Assembly: GCA_963733055.1 (NCBI GenBank)
Contig: CAVTBR010000001.1
Coordinates: 1,184,001 to 1,248,000 of the forward strand
Length of the DNA: 64,000 bases
DNA from: Candidatus Bathyarchaeota archaeon
GTDB taxonomy: Archaea > Thermoproteota > Bathyarchaeia > 40CM-2-53-6
Direction: 5' to 3'
Of this stretch, positions 19,209 to 29,295 are shown one piece after another (positions within the stretch are counted from its first letter, which is position 1; the number at the start of each line of letters is the position of its first letter). The position numbers and the translations under genes were made by a program. The notes beneath the pieces were generated by a model. The model was not told the DNA's origin. It ran no database searches and worked only from the letters and a program-made list of their open reading frames with translations.

Positions 19209-20162
19209 TCAGAACTTCTGAACTACTTCGCTCCCGAACAGTTCTAGCGCTTCGAGTTCACGCTGCGGTTCGAAGTTCACGATGAAATATTCTATTCCCG
19301 CGTCTCTGAAACCCTCCACTTGACGCTTAACTTCCTCGGGAGTTCCCGAAGTCAGCATTTCTTTAACCCTCTCTTCCGGCACACCTTTCATAGCCTTCGC
19401 GACTCTAGTCTGGAGGGCGCTCTTATCCTTGTCAATCATTACGCGGCCTAGCTTTGTTTTCAAAATGGAGTCGTAATCGCGCCCAACTGCATTGCAGTGG
19501 TCCCGTAGGACTTTCAGTTTAGTTTTCACCGTATCGGTTGAACCGAAAATATTGCATGCGTCAGCATACTTGGCTACGATCTTCAACGTTTGACGTTCAC
19601 CGCTTCCACCCACCATTATTGGTGGGTGGGGTTTTTGGATTGGTTTAGGGTTGCAGTAGGCGTTCTTGATTTGGTAATATTTTCCTTGGAAGTTTGCTCG
19701 GTCCTCTGTCCACATTGCTTTAATGACTTGGATAGCCTCTTCAAGCCGACGCATACGCTCCTTCACGTCGGGGAACGGAATCCCATATGCTGAGGCCTCA
19801 TCTTCATTCCAAGCAGCCCCAATTCCCATGAAGAGTCTACCTTTACTCAATACGTCCAGCGTGGCGCCGATCTTGGCTAGGACGGACGGGTGTCGGTACA
19901 CATTGCCGGTCACGAGAGTTCCAACCTTGATCTTTGAAGTGAGGTCGGCGACTACCGCTTGTGTCGTCCAACCCTCAAGCATGGGCTCCTGGGGTTCACC
20001 AACGTACTGGATTTGGTGAAAGTGATCCATAACCCAGAACGAATCAAAACCAAGGCTTTCCCCACGTGTCACGAGTCTTTTCAAAGAATCCACGATGGCT
20101 GGGCCTTGGCCGTCGTAGGTAAAATTGGCGTGCTGAAAACCGAACTTCAATTCAACTACCAA
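19209..20162 (-). CDS. LLM class F420-dependent oxidoreductase
   Basis: WVMDHFHQI, YRHPSVLAK, TLDVLSKGR, PPIMVGGSGE. Confidence 0.9.
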   Translation of the reverse strand: MVVELKFGFQHANFTYDGQGPAIVDSLKRLVTRGESLGFDSFWVMDHFHQIQYVGEPQEPMLEGWTTQAVVADLTSKIKVGTLVTGNVYRHPSVLAKIGATLDVLSKGRLFMGIGAAWNEDEASAYGIPFPDVKERMRRLEEAIQVIKAMWTEDRANFQGKYYQIKNAYCNPKPIQKPHPPIMVGGSGERQTLKIVAKYADACNIFGSTDTVKTKLKVLRDHCNAVGRDYDSILKTKLGRVMIDKDKSALQTRVAKAMKGVPEERVKEMLTSGTPEEVKRQVEGFRDAGIEYFIVNFEPQRELEALELFGSEVVQKF

Positions 20163-20280
20163 AAATCTGAAGCTCTTGCGCCCTAAATAGCGTTTGTTGG
20201 AGTGTAGTCACTGCATGCAGCTTGTATAGGCGTGCTGGCTATGGTTCAGCTGAAATTCAAGAGTCAGGCGTGAGCTCGGA

Positions 20281-21555
20281 TTGAATGAACAGGCTTTTTG
20301 GGGTTTCATTAAGGATCCACTATACGGATACATTCGTCTTACAGAAATCGAACGGAATGTCATCGACACTCTAGCAGTGCAACGGTTGCGCAGAATTAGG
20401 CAGCTTGCAGGTGCGGAGTTTGTCTACCCGGCCGCAAACCACACAAGGTTCGAGCACGTTTTGGGCACCATGTATCTCGCGGGCGTGGTCTCCGACAATC
20501 TGCCCGTTCAATTGACATCCGATGAGCGCCAGAGGGTGCGGTTGGCAGCGTTACTTCATGATGTCGGACACGCGCCTTTCTCCCATCTCTTCGAACCATT
20601 ACTGTTGAAGTACATGCAGCGAAACCATGAGGACATGTCAAGGTGGATCATTGCAGACTCAAGCCTAGCGGATGTCATAACCAAACAAGGCATCGACGCA
20701 AAGAGTTGAGCGGGCTAGCGGTCGGCAAACCATCAAAGACTGAGAAACCCTTTCTAGGCCAGATAATCAGCAGTTCGTTTGACGTGGATAAGATGGATTT
20801 CGTCGTCCGCGATTCATATCACACTGGCGCGGGCTACGGTTCGGTTGACGTCTTCCGCCTCATTTACACCATGGATGTCCTCAACGGCAACTTGGCAGTG
20901 GACATAACTGCCCTACCAACTCTCGAGAGCCTAATCCTTGCACGGCTTGAATCTTTCAAAACAATCTATTTTCACAGGGCTTGCAGAGCCGTCCAAATGA
21001 TGCTCGTCAAAGCCTTGGAAGCAGCTAAAGACGATCTGGCAATACTGCAAGCCAAGACTCCAGATGAATACTTGGAATGGGACGACTATACGGTTTGGTC
21101 GAAACTCAGCGCAAACAAACTCTCGCGAAATCGTGAGAGACATCTCTTCGAGGAGGCTGCTCAAATGCGCATATGAGAGAACTTTCTACGTGAGAGATGA
21201 ACTCGTTTCAAGCGTCTTTACAAACGAAAATGTGCGTCTAAAACTCGAGGAAGAGATCGCCTCGAAAGCCAAAGTTCCAAGGTCCAGCGTGGGGATCGAT
21301 GTACCCTCGCTGTCCTCAGTGCCCTACCACTACGCAATGGATATTGGCCCAATAGACATACCAATGTTCTCCCGAAACCGTTCTGGTGAGAAGACCCCGG
21401 AGAAGATCGGGAAGTTATCGAGAGTCGTTGATGATCTTCAGGTTTTCATGAACATAATACGCGTCTACACGAACGATCAGTATAGGGAGCAGGTCAGTGA
21501 CGCAGCGGCGCAGGTCCTCGGCGAGTCACCCCTTTCAAACGTTCTGTCGTATTGA
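20281..21555 (+). CDS. HD-domain phosphohydrolase (dNTP triphosphohydrolase-like); split by two frameshifts (about 20701 and 21125)
   Basis: QRLRRIRQL, HTRFEH, LLHDVGHAPFSH, DVDKMDFVVRD, IYFHR spread over three overlapping ORFs. Confidence 0.88.
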
Positions 21556-21918
21556 AGAATTGATCGGCCCAGTATTCTCGTCGGAAGCTTGAGCCAATTG
21601 AATTTGGTCGAGTAGTTTAGTGTATATTCTTAGAGCCTCTGCTTCGTCGAGTTCCGTGAACAAGGAAACTAGTGCGATCCGTCCGCTTTTTCCCGCAAGT
21701 TTCTCGGCTAGAGCTCGGCTCGTCATGAGGTACTTGCCCCCCACCAATACGGAAGAACGCCCGACGGCAACTTCACGTAGACCAGGCATAGCGATCGCGA
21801 CCGTTCCGAGACGCATGCGATCTTCGAACAGGAAAGCTACTATGGCATTCTCCAATTGGCTGTAATTGGCTCTGAAAGTCCTTGTTCCAACTTTCAGCGT
21901 TGTTTCAGTCATTTCCAT
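21535..21918 (-). CDS. conserved hypothetical protein, proteasome assembly chaperone 4 (PAC4)-like
   Basis: RLGTVAIAMP...SSVLVG...SRALAEKLAGKSGRIALVS pattern recalled from PAC4/PSMG4-like proteins; not verified by search. Confidence 0.55.
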   Translation of the reverse strand: MEMTETTLKVGTRTFRANYSQLENAIVAFLFEDRMRLGTVAIAMPGLREVAVGRSSVLVGGKYLMTSRALAEKLAGKSGRIALVSLFTELDEAEALRIYTKLLDQIQLAQASDENTGPINSSIRQNV

Positions 21919-22097
21919 TGAGCATCATCAAGACCAGTCAAAGACAGGGTACTTAACTAGAGCGACGAAAAACACCTGAAATTGCTATGTCTAGCTTCTT
22001 TTCCACTGACGTTCCATGGCCTTTTTTGATGCTGCGAAGCAATACATCTTATCATCAAAGCTGTTCCAGACCCTACCGTTGTCTGAGGTCTGCTTGA

Positions 22098-22685
22098 TTG
22101 GCGTCGCTTCCTGTACCAGATGACATGAGGCACCTCGTCAATTACGACGAGAAAGTCATTTGGGTTCTCAGGGGCAGCGAGACAGTAGTTGTAAGCGACC
22201 AAAGAATCATTATTCGCAAATCCGGGAGTCTAGGGCTCAAGAAGAACTTCGTAGATTACCCATACTCAAACATGGTCAACATTAGGCTTGAACGTGGAGT
22301 GGTTAAGGCTAGCGTCGAAATTCTCATGCGCTCTGGCGTTCAGAACATAAAGATCGGAAGTCTCACCAAAGCAGATGCCTACCAGCTTCACCGAGTTCTA
22401 AGAGAGAACATCATCAAGGGTTCTCCATCAGGTGTCATGCAGCCCCCTTCCGTAATCATTCAGAACCCGCTGCAATCGAAACCAGAGGAAGAGAAGAGCG
22501 GGGAGCAGATGTGTAAGGAGTGCGGCCACAAAGTTTCGGATGATTTCGCCCTATGCCCGTTCTGTAGGTATCCGCTCAAGGTAGAATGTCCCGAGTGTGG
22601 GAAGAGAGTGGACACGAAATTCAAGTCGTGCCCCTACTGTGGAGAAGATCTTTCCTACGTCCAAGAAATGAGCCAGGATCTCTAG
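22098..22685 (+). CDS. bacterial-type PH domain plus double zinc-ribbon protein
   Basis: VVSDQRIIIRK...DYPYSNMVNI (bPH-like); C-terminal CKEC, CPFC, CPEC, CPYC. Confidence 0.8.
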   Translation: MASLPVPDDMRHLVNYDEKVIWVLRGSETVVVSDQRIIIRKSGSLGLKKNFVDYPYSNMVNIRLERGVVKASVEILMRSGVQNIKIGSLTKADAYQLHRVLRENIIKGSPSGVMQPPSVIIQNPLQSKPEEEKSGEQMCKECGHKVSDDFALCPFCRYPLKVECPECGKRVDTKFKSCPYCGEDLSYVQEMSQDL

Positions 22686-22737
22686 ACTCACCGCCAAGCC
22701 TTTCTCAAGGAAAACAACCCCCTTCGCAGAATCCCGA

Positions 22738-23430
22738 ATGATAATCGCCATCATTTCCGACATACACGCGAACCTACCAGCTCTTGAAGCAGTAATCGAT
22801 AAACTCCCAAAACACGACGAACTATTCTGCCTCGGCGATATCGTGGGATACGGACCCCAACCAAACGAAGTAATCGCAAGACTCCGAGAACTTCCCCCTT
22901 CAGTTACTCTACAAGGCAACCACGACGCCGCGGTCGTCAGCGGAGACGTGGAAGGATTCTCAACAAACGCAGCGACAGCCGTTGAATGGACGAGACGAAT
23001 GGTGGACTCTACGAGTCGTGACTACTTAGCCACGCTGATACCATCTGCAAGACTACAGCGTGAGGGGCACACGCTCGCGCTCTATCACGGCAGCCCTCGT
23101 GATCCATTGAATGAATACGTCTTCCCAGGGGTGACTGCAAGCGATGGACGGAACCTGATGAAAGCGGCATCGGCAAGTATCGTCCTCCTTGGGCATACTC
23201 ACATGCCCATGCTATACACATTCGAGAATGGTGTTCTGGCAAACCCCGGAAGCGTGGGTCAACCCAGGGATGGCGACCATCGAGCAAGTTTCGCTATTCT
23301 CACCATTTCTCAAGAGGATGTCAAGTTCGAGGTTCAGAGAGTTGAGTACACTGTCAGTCTCGTAGCAGATAGAATCCTTCGCAGTGGGCTTCCAAGTTTT
23401 CTAGCTGAACGATTGTACACGGGCATGTAG
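22738..23430 (+). CDS. metallophosphoesterase (YfcE/PPP-like)
   Basis: SDIHAN, LGDIVGYG, GNHD, HGSP, GHTH, NPGSVGQPRDG. Confidence 0.92.
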   Translation: MIIAIISDIHANLPALEAVIDKLPKHDELFCLGDIVGYGPQPNEVIARLRELPPSVTLQGNHDAAVVSGDVEGFSTNAATAVEWTRRMVDSTSRDYLATLIPSARLQREGHTLALYHGSPRDPLNEYVFPGVTASDGRNLMKAASASIVLLGHTHMPMLYTFENGVLANPGSVGQPRDGDHRASFAILTISQEDVKFEVQRVEYTVSLVADRILRSGLPSFLAERLYTGM

Positions 23431-23466
23431 ATGGCTTCGACATTATGCTGATTTGTTGAGCTACTC

Positions 23467-23473
23467 TTTTAAG
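23467..23473 (+). promoter_or_regulatory. probable TATA box of the lysC-asd-aro operon
   Basis: TTTTAAG in the intergenic gap, about 185 nt upstream of the lysC TTG. Confidence 0.45.
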
Positions 23474-23521
23474 CGACTGAGATGTCATGCGCAAAATCAA
23501 CAACGGGCAGGACATGAGATA

Positions 23522-23599
23522 ATGAGTGGTTGTAACTTCGGTGGTCACATTTACGGTGACCGCTACTGGCTTGCCCACACTAGGCTCTTCCCGAACTAG
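23522..23599 (+). promoter_or_regulatory. candidate leader-peptide uORF (25 aa, aromatic-rich)
   Basis: MSGCNFGGHIYGDRYWLAHTRLFPN*; overlaps hairpin 23541-23563; stop followed by T5. Confidence 0.35.
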
Positions 23600-23654
23600 T
23601 TTTTCGCTCAACGCAACGCTGGAAACCGAGACCAAACTGAGTGCAGCTGGTGCC

Positions 23655-24893
23655 TTGAAGCAAGGTTCAAAGACGCTGGTCGTCAAGTTTGGGGGCTCTA
23701 GCCTTCGAGACAAGGACCGAGTAAGCAACGCGGCGACGCTAATCGCCAAGGAAAGCCAGAAGGGCACACGATTAGTCGTGGTCGTATCGGCTATGGGAAA
23801 GATGACTGATCAACTCCTAGACTTGATCCGTCAAGATTCCGCAGAGAACCTTGACAAAACCGACTCAGACGACATCCTAGCGATGGGCGAGAGGACAAGC
23901 GTCAGAGTCTTCGCAACCGCTCTCAAGGCTGTAGGAGTCGAAGCAAAGTACTTCGACCCAGGAGAATCCAATTGGCCTATCATAACCGACGATAACTTCT
24001 CCGATGCAAATCCGATTCTTGAACTATGTTTGCAGAGAGTCCGCGAACACGTAGTTCCGCTTCTTGACTGGGGTACTGTTCCGGTGATTGCGGGGTTTGT
24101 GGGGCGTTCTACGGCAGGGAAAGTTAGTACAATTGGCCGAGGGGGAAGCGACACAACTGCTTTCATAATTGCGAAAGGGATAGGGGCGGACGAGGTCGTT
24201 CTCGTCACCGACGCGGATGGTATACTTTCCGCCGATCCGAGACTAGTTCCGGACGCCCGTAAGCTAGATCGGATAGATGTCAGAATTCTCATTGGACTGG
24301 CGGATTCTGGGACGAAGTTCATCCATAGAAAGGCTCTCAGGTATAAGGACCCAGATATTCCTGTGAGAGTCATAAATCATGAGAAGCGTGATCTCGGGGC
24401 CGAGGGGACGATTATCACTGGCGGTATTGCGAGTGAGATCGAAGTTACCTTTGAAGAAAATCGGCAAACTATGGCTGTAACGATCGCCGGTAAGGGAATT
24501 TCCGAGAACCCGGAGATACTGACCGATGTAATCAAGGAAATACGCAAGCACTCAACGCTAGACGGCCTATCTGAGAACTTCGACTCATTAATCTTCTACG
24601 TTCCACAGACGGAAACGAACTCGGTTCTAGCCGCGGTACACAATGTCATTATGAAGTATGGCGAAGCGATGGCCTTGGCTGTCCAACCCAACTTAGCATT
24701 TCTCAAAGTGAAAGGAGTAGGCTTGGAGGATTCACCTGGAATAATTGGTAGAATCTCGTCCCATCTGCTTGAGAACCGAATCAACATCTATGGGATGCTT
24801 ACAATTGCTTCTAGCATACTCGTATTTGTCGCCTGGGACGACAAGGAACTCGCCCTGCGATTGATGAAACAGATTGCAAAGAGAGAACTGTGA
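23655..24893 (+). CDS. lysC: aspartate kinase
   Basis: VVKFGGSS, VVVVSAMG, AMGER, GRGGSDTTA, DGILSADP, C-terminal ACT domains; TTG 23655 is the likely start. Confidence 0.93.
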   Translation: MKQGSKTLVVKFGGSSLRDKDRVSNAATLIAKESQKGTRLVVVVSAMGKMTDQLLDLIRQDSAENLDKTDSDDILAMGERTSVRVFATALKAVGVEAKYFDPGESNWPIITDDNFSDANPILELCLQRVREHVVPLLDWGTVPVIAGFVGRSTAGKVSTIGRGGSDTTAFIIAKGIGADEVVLVTDADGILSADPRLVPDARKLDRIDVRILIGLADSGTKFIHRKALRYKDPDIPVRVINHEKRDLGAEGTIITGGIASEIEVTFEENRQTMAVTIAGKGISENPEILTDVIKEIRKHSTLDGLSENFDSLIFYVPQTETNSVLAAVHNVIMKYGEAMALAVQPNLAFLKVKGVGLEDSPGIIGRISSHLLENRINIYGMLTIASSILVFVAWDDKELALRLMKQIAKREL

Positions 24894-25924
24894 TGAAAGC
24901 CGCTATACTCGGAGCGACAGGGCTAGTGGGTCAACGATTTGTACAAATGTTGAACGATCACGAGTGGTTCGAGATCGCCGTGTTAACCGGATCAGAAAGA
25001 AGTTCGGGAGTCAAATACGGAGATGTGGTGAACTGGAGAATGGAGACACCACTGAAGAAAGAAGTTGCGTCGCTTACCGTACAACCTTCGGACCCTAAAT
25101 CGGTAGACGCCGACGTTGTCTTTTCCGCCCTACCCGCTGAACAGGCGCAAGGAATCGAAGTGGACTTCGCAAGAGAAGGTTTCGCAGTAGTTAGCAACGC
25201 CTCGTCCCACAGAATGGACCCAGATGTCCCACTGATGAATCCAGAGGCCAACTTCACTCACCTGTCACTGATCGATGAACAAAGGCGAAATCGAAAATGG
25301 GACGGCTCGATCGTAACCAACCCTAACTGCACGACGGCAGTACTAACTCTGCCCCTAAAACCCATCTGCGACGTGTTTGGGCTGAGGAATGTCGTCGTGT
25401 CCTCCATGCAGGCAACCTCGGGAGCAGGATATCCAGGCGTAGCTTCGTTGGACATAATCGACAACGTAATCCCATTCATTAAAGGAGAAGAGGAGAAAGT
25501 TCAACGAGAGACCGCAAAGATTCTAGGTCAAGCGGGACGTCCGGCAGAGTTCGTAGTGTCGGCAAGTTGTCATCGTGTGGCGGTGCTTGACGGACACACG
25601 GAAGCCGTTTTCGTTCAAACCGAGAAACCCGCAACGCCTGCGCAGGTGGAGCACTGCATGGAAGTATTCTCGGCGGAGCCGCAGAAACTGAAGCTCCCAA
25701 CAGCCCCAGAACATCCCGTAGTTGTGAGATCGGATCAATACCGGCCGCAGCCACGGTTCGATAGAGACGAGGGGCATGGCATGTCGGTGGTAGTTGGGAG
25801 GGTTCGCAGTGACCCTGTGTTCTCTGGCGTCAAGTATGTATGCCTAGGGAACAATACAATCCGAGGAGCGGCCGGTTGCGCTCTGCTAATAGCTGAGTCG
25901 ATGAAATCACAAGGATACCTCTGA
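24890..25924 (+). CDS. asd: aspartate-semialdehyde dehydrogenase
   Basis: GATGLVGQ, NPNCTT, QATSGAG, DGHTE, NTIRGAAG. Confidence 0.96.
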   Translation: MMKAAILGATGLVGQRFVQMLNDHEWFEIAVLTGSERSSGVKYGDVVNWRMETPLKKEVASLTVQPSDPKSVDADVVFSALPAEQAQGIEVDFAREGFAVVSNASSHRMDPDVPLMNPEANFTHLSLIDEQRRNRKWDGSIVTNPNCTTAVLTLPLKPICDVFGLRNVVVSSMQATSGAGYPGVASLDIIDNVIPFIKGEEEKVQRETAKILGQAGRPAEFVVSASCHRVAVLDGHTEAVFVQTEKPATPAQVEHCMEVFSAEPQKLKLPTAPEHPVVVRSDQYRPQPRFDRDEGHGMSVVVGRVRSDPVFSGVKYVCLGNNTIRGAAGCALLIAESMKSQGYL

Positions 25925-25937
25925 GAGTGATCGAATA

Positions 25938-26726
25938 ATGGAATCCGGCAAGACCAGAAGGTTACGAAGAATCATGAGAGCTGATTCTAAGAGTTTCATA
26001 ATTGCCATGGACCACGGCGTCACGCTAGGCCCCGTCCGAGGATTAGAGAATATGCAGGAAACCGTAAAACGTGTAATCAGCGGCGGAGCGGACGCCGTGT
26101 TAGTGCACAAGGGCATAGCAAAACATGTTGACACACAAGGCTCAGGATTGATAATTCACGTCTCCGCCTCCACCAAACTAGGTGGCAAGCCCAATTTGAA
26201 GGTCGGCGTATGCACTCTCGCTGAAGCAGTTAGACTCGGGGCCGACGCAGTTTCAGCGCACATCAACATAGGGTCCGAGGACGAAGGCAAGATGCTTGAA
26301 TTTCTCGGCAGCCTCTCAGAGCAATGCGATTCATTCGGCATTCCCTTACTCGCAATGATGTACCCACGGGGCCCGAACGTAAAGAACGAGAACGAATACG
26401 AAGTGGTGTCACATGCGGCTAGGATCGGAGCGGAACTTGGAGCCGACGTAGTCAAAACCGTTTACACAGGGGACACCAACAGTTTTCGACGAGTGGTGCA
26501 GAGTTGCCCGGTTCCCGTTGTCGTAGCTGGCGGGCCCAGAATGAAGACGGACATGGACATTCTTGAGCTTGGCGAGAGCTCTATGAAAGCCGGCGCGGCC
26601 GGGCTTTCATTTGGTAGGAACGTCTTCCAGCACGATAGACCTGAAGCAATGAGCAGAGCCCTAGCAGCGATCGTTCACGAGCATGCGAACGCAAAGGACG
26701 CTTCAAAGCTGCTTGAGGGGTCTTAG
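25938..26726 (+). CDS. aroA': 2-amino-3,7-dideoxy-D-threo-hept-6-ulosonate synthase (DhnA-type aldolase)
   Basis: AMDHG, MMYPRG, ELGADVVKT, VAGGP, GRNVFQ; sits between asd and DHQ synthase II. Confidence 0.88.
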   Translation: MESGKTRRLRRIMRADSKSFIIAMDHGVTLGPVRGLENMQETVKRVISGGADAVLVHKGIAKHVDTQGSGLIIHVSASTKLGGKPNLKVGVCTLAEAVRLGADAVSAHINIGSEDEGKMLEFLGSLSEQCDSFGIPLLAMMYPRGPNVKNENEYEVVSHAARIGAELGADVVKTVYTGDTNSFRRVVQSCPVPVVVAGGPRMKTDMDILELGESSMKAGAAGLSFGRNVFQHDRPEAMSRALAAIVHEHANAKDASKLLEGS

Positions 26727-27781
26727 TGAAAGAACTCTGGCTTCGACTAGACCCCAACATAACTCAGGCTAGAAAGAAGGAACTGCTCAAAATAGCAGAA
26801 GGGCATTTCAGTGTAGCAGTGCTTTCTCCAGAAGACCTGCCACTCGCGAGCGGTCTGAAACTCAAAACCGCTTCAACGGAAGAACGAGCTGACATCAGAA
26901 TTCTAGCAACTAGGACTGGAACCGGTAACGCAGTTCCCAAGAATTCCGCTGTAGAGATTGTAGTGAAAGATCGATCTGACGAGGAGAAAGTTCTGCAGCT
27001 AGCAGAAGCGGGAGTGCGATATGTGCTCGTGAAGTGTCCGAATTGGAAGGTTATTCCGCTTGAGAATCTCATTGCGAGGACTAGGAATAAGGTCAGCTTA
27101 CTGGCTGACGTAGCAAACAATCGCGAAGCTCAAGTCGCTTTACAGACACTAGAACTAGGCGTGGACGGAGTAGTCCTCACTGCCGCTTTACCCTCAGACC
27201 TTGAGGGGATGAAGCAACTTGAAACCCAAGGCAATAATGTTCCCCTGATTGAGGGAAAAGTCGTTGACGTCAAGCAAATTGGCCCAGGTGCCAGGGTCTG
27301 TATCGATACGATTGAACTGCTGGAATCAGGGGAAGGCATGCTCGTTGGGTCACAATCCTCTGGCTTGTTCTTGGTGGAGGCCGAAGTTCACAGGAATCCG
27401 CACGTTGAACCTAGACCTTTCCGCGTAAATGCTGGGCCTGTATCCTCCTATGTTCTCGCGCCTGGGTTCAAGACTCGTTATCTTGCTGAACTGAAGGCGG
27501 GAGAAGAAATCCTAATCGTAAGTCGCGCTGGAACGACAAGAACAGGGCATGTTGGGCGTGTCAAAATAGAACGAAGGCCGATGATGCTCGTTGTAACCGA
27601 AGCCAACGGTCAAACCTTTTCGATCATACTCCAGAACGCAGAGACCGTTCGACTCGTATCCCACACTGCGTCGACCTCCGTCTCCGAACTAAAGGCGGGT
27701 GATGAGGTTCTGCTCAGGATAGAGGAAGGCGGGAGGCATTTCGGCACTTTGGTGGCGGACGAAATGGTGATCGAACGCTGA
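26726..27781 (+). CDS. aroB': 3-dehydroquinate synthase II
   Basis: WKVIPLENLIA, RVCIDT, GEGMLVGS, RPFRVNAG, VKIERRP, LQNAETV, GRHFG. Confidence 0.95.
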   Translation: MKELWLRLDPNITQARKKELLKIAEGHFSVAVLSPEDLPLASGLKLKTASTEERADIRILATRTGTGNAVPKNSAVEIVVKDRSDEEKVLQLAEAGVRYVLVKCPNWKVIPLENLIARTRNKVSLLADVANNREAQVALQTLELGVDGVVLTAALPSDLEGMKQLETQGNNVPLIEGKVVDVKQIGPGARVCIDTIELLESGEGMLVGSQSSGLFLVEAEVHRNPHVEPRPFRVNAGPVSSYVLAPGFKTRYLAELKAGEEILIVSRAGTTRTGHVGRVKIERRPMMLVVTEANGQTFSIILQNAETVRLVSHTASTSVSELKAGDEVLLRIEEGGRHFGTLVADEMVIER

Positions 27782-28440
27782 AGTGCAAAGTATGCCTGTC
27801 GGTAGCGATAGATGACAAAACAAATGTTGTAAGACTGATCGAACAGATCTCGACAAAGAAACCTGACCTCGTTGAGTTTCGCCTCGACAAACTACATGAC
27901 CCTAGCCTCCTCGAAGAGATCGTAAACACGAAGTCCTTCCCCGCCATCGCTACTGACAAATCGAACCGTGGTTCAAACGCTACGCTAGAACTTTTGTCAC
28001 AGGCTTCGGCTGCGGGGTTCGAATTGGTGGACATCAATCTTTCAGCCGCCTCATCCAACCCTATAGTGAATGAACTGAAATCCCAAGGAACCGAAGTAAT
28101 CGTGTCATCTCATGACTATTCTCGCACACCTTCTCCTGAAGAGTTGAGGAAGGTTTTGCAAGCTGAGAACCATGCAGGCGGTGATGTCTGTAAGATTGTA
28201 ACGACGGCAGTTAAACCGAGCGACAACCTAACCATTCTTGATTTCGTGGCGAAAGAAGCAATTAATGCCAGGTTGGTTTCTTTCGCGATGGGCCCTCGTG
28301 GTATTCCATCTAGGATTCTGTCGCCCTGGTTTGGTGCGGAGTTCACGTTCGCGGCGTTCTCAGAGGAATTGAAAACGGCGGATGGCCAATTGAGCGTAGA
28401 TGCACTTCGGATGGTTTGGCAAACCCTTGAAATTCAATGA
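27778..28440 (+). CDS. aroD: type I 3-dehydroquinate dehydratase (probable CTG start)
   Basis: Frame is open upstream of the ORF-track start (KCKVCLSV...DLVEFRLD); SSHDY, DVCKIV, FAMG...SRI, TADGQL. Confidence 0.9.
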   Translation: MKCKVCLSVAIDDKTNVVRLIEQISTKKPDLVEFRLDKLHDPSLLEEIVNTKSFPAIATDKSNRGSNATLELLSQASAAGFELVDINLSAASSNPIVNELKSQGTEVIVSSHDYSRTPSPEELRKVLQAENHAGGDVCKIVTTAVKPSDNLTILDFVAKEAINARLVSFAMGPRGIPSRILSPWFGAEFTFAAFSEELKTADGQLSVDALRMVWQTLEIQ

Positions 28441-29293
28441 ACGAGGCGTCTCGGGAGAAACCATGGTGTTTGCTCTCATCGGCGACCCGATTGACCACAC
28501 GATGAGTCCCACAATCCAAAACGCTGCCTTTCGATCGACTCGCTTGAACGCGATCTACGTCCCATTTCGAGTGGAGAGAGCGAGGCTGCGGTTCGCCATT
28601 CAAGGCTTGAAATCTCTTGGAGTGAGAGGGTTCAATGTCACCACTCCACACAAGACCGCGATGTTTCAGTACCTAGACGAAGTTGAAACTAACGCAGCTG
28701 AAATCAGGTCGATAAACACCGTGAAGTGCGACCAGGGCAGGTTAACCGGATTCAACACGGACGGAGCGGGAGCAATCAGCGCCCTGATAGAAGCGGGTGT
28801 CTCACCGGCCGGCAAATCGATTTTACTCTTCGGAGCAGGAGGTGCAGCGCGAGCGATTGCACACAGCCTAGCTGGACAACGGTGTGAGATCAATTTCGTA
28901 AACCGCACGGTTTCAAGAGCTCGACGGTTAGCGAGGTTAATGCATGTGAAGTTTGGCATCAAAGCTAATTGCGTATCGCTCTCTGGCCAATCATTGCGGA
29001 GGCACGTACAGAGCGCGGACATAATCCTGAACGCGTCCGCGATGGGTATGGCCGGGAACGAGAATCTTCCCATCCACAAAAGATGGCTGCGATCTGATCA
29101 ATGGGTTTTCGACATCGTATACCGACCCGTCAAAACCCTGTTGCTTCGGAATGCCGTCCTAGCGGGTGCTCGGACGATTGATGGACTCGACATGTTAGTG
29201 GGTCAAGGTGCATGCTCATTCACGATCTGGACTGGAAAGAAAGCTCCCGTTTCAGAGATGCGCCGGGCAATTGTTCGCTTCACCGGAGATTGA
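28437..29293 (+). CDS. aroE: shikimate dehydrogenase (ATG 28437 needs one extra base to be in frame; otherwise ATG 28463)
   Basis: GDPIDHTMSP, GFNVTTPHK, INTV, FNTDG, GAGGAARA, DGLDMLVGQG. Confidence 0.93.
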
Positions 29294-29295
29294 CA

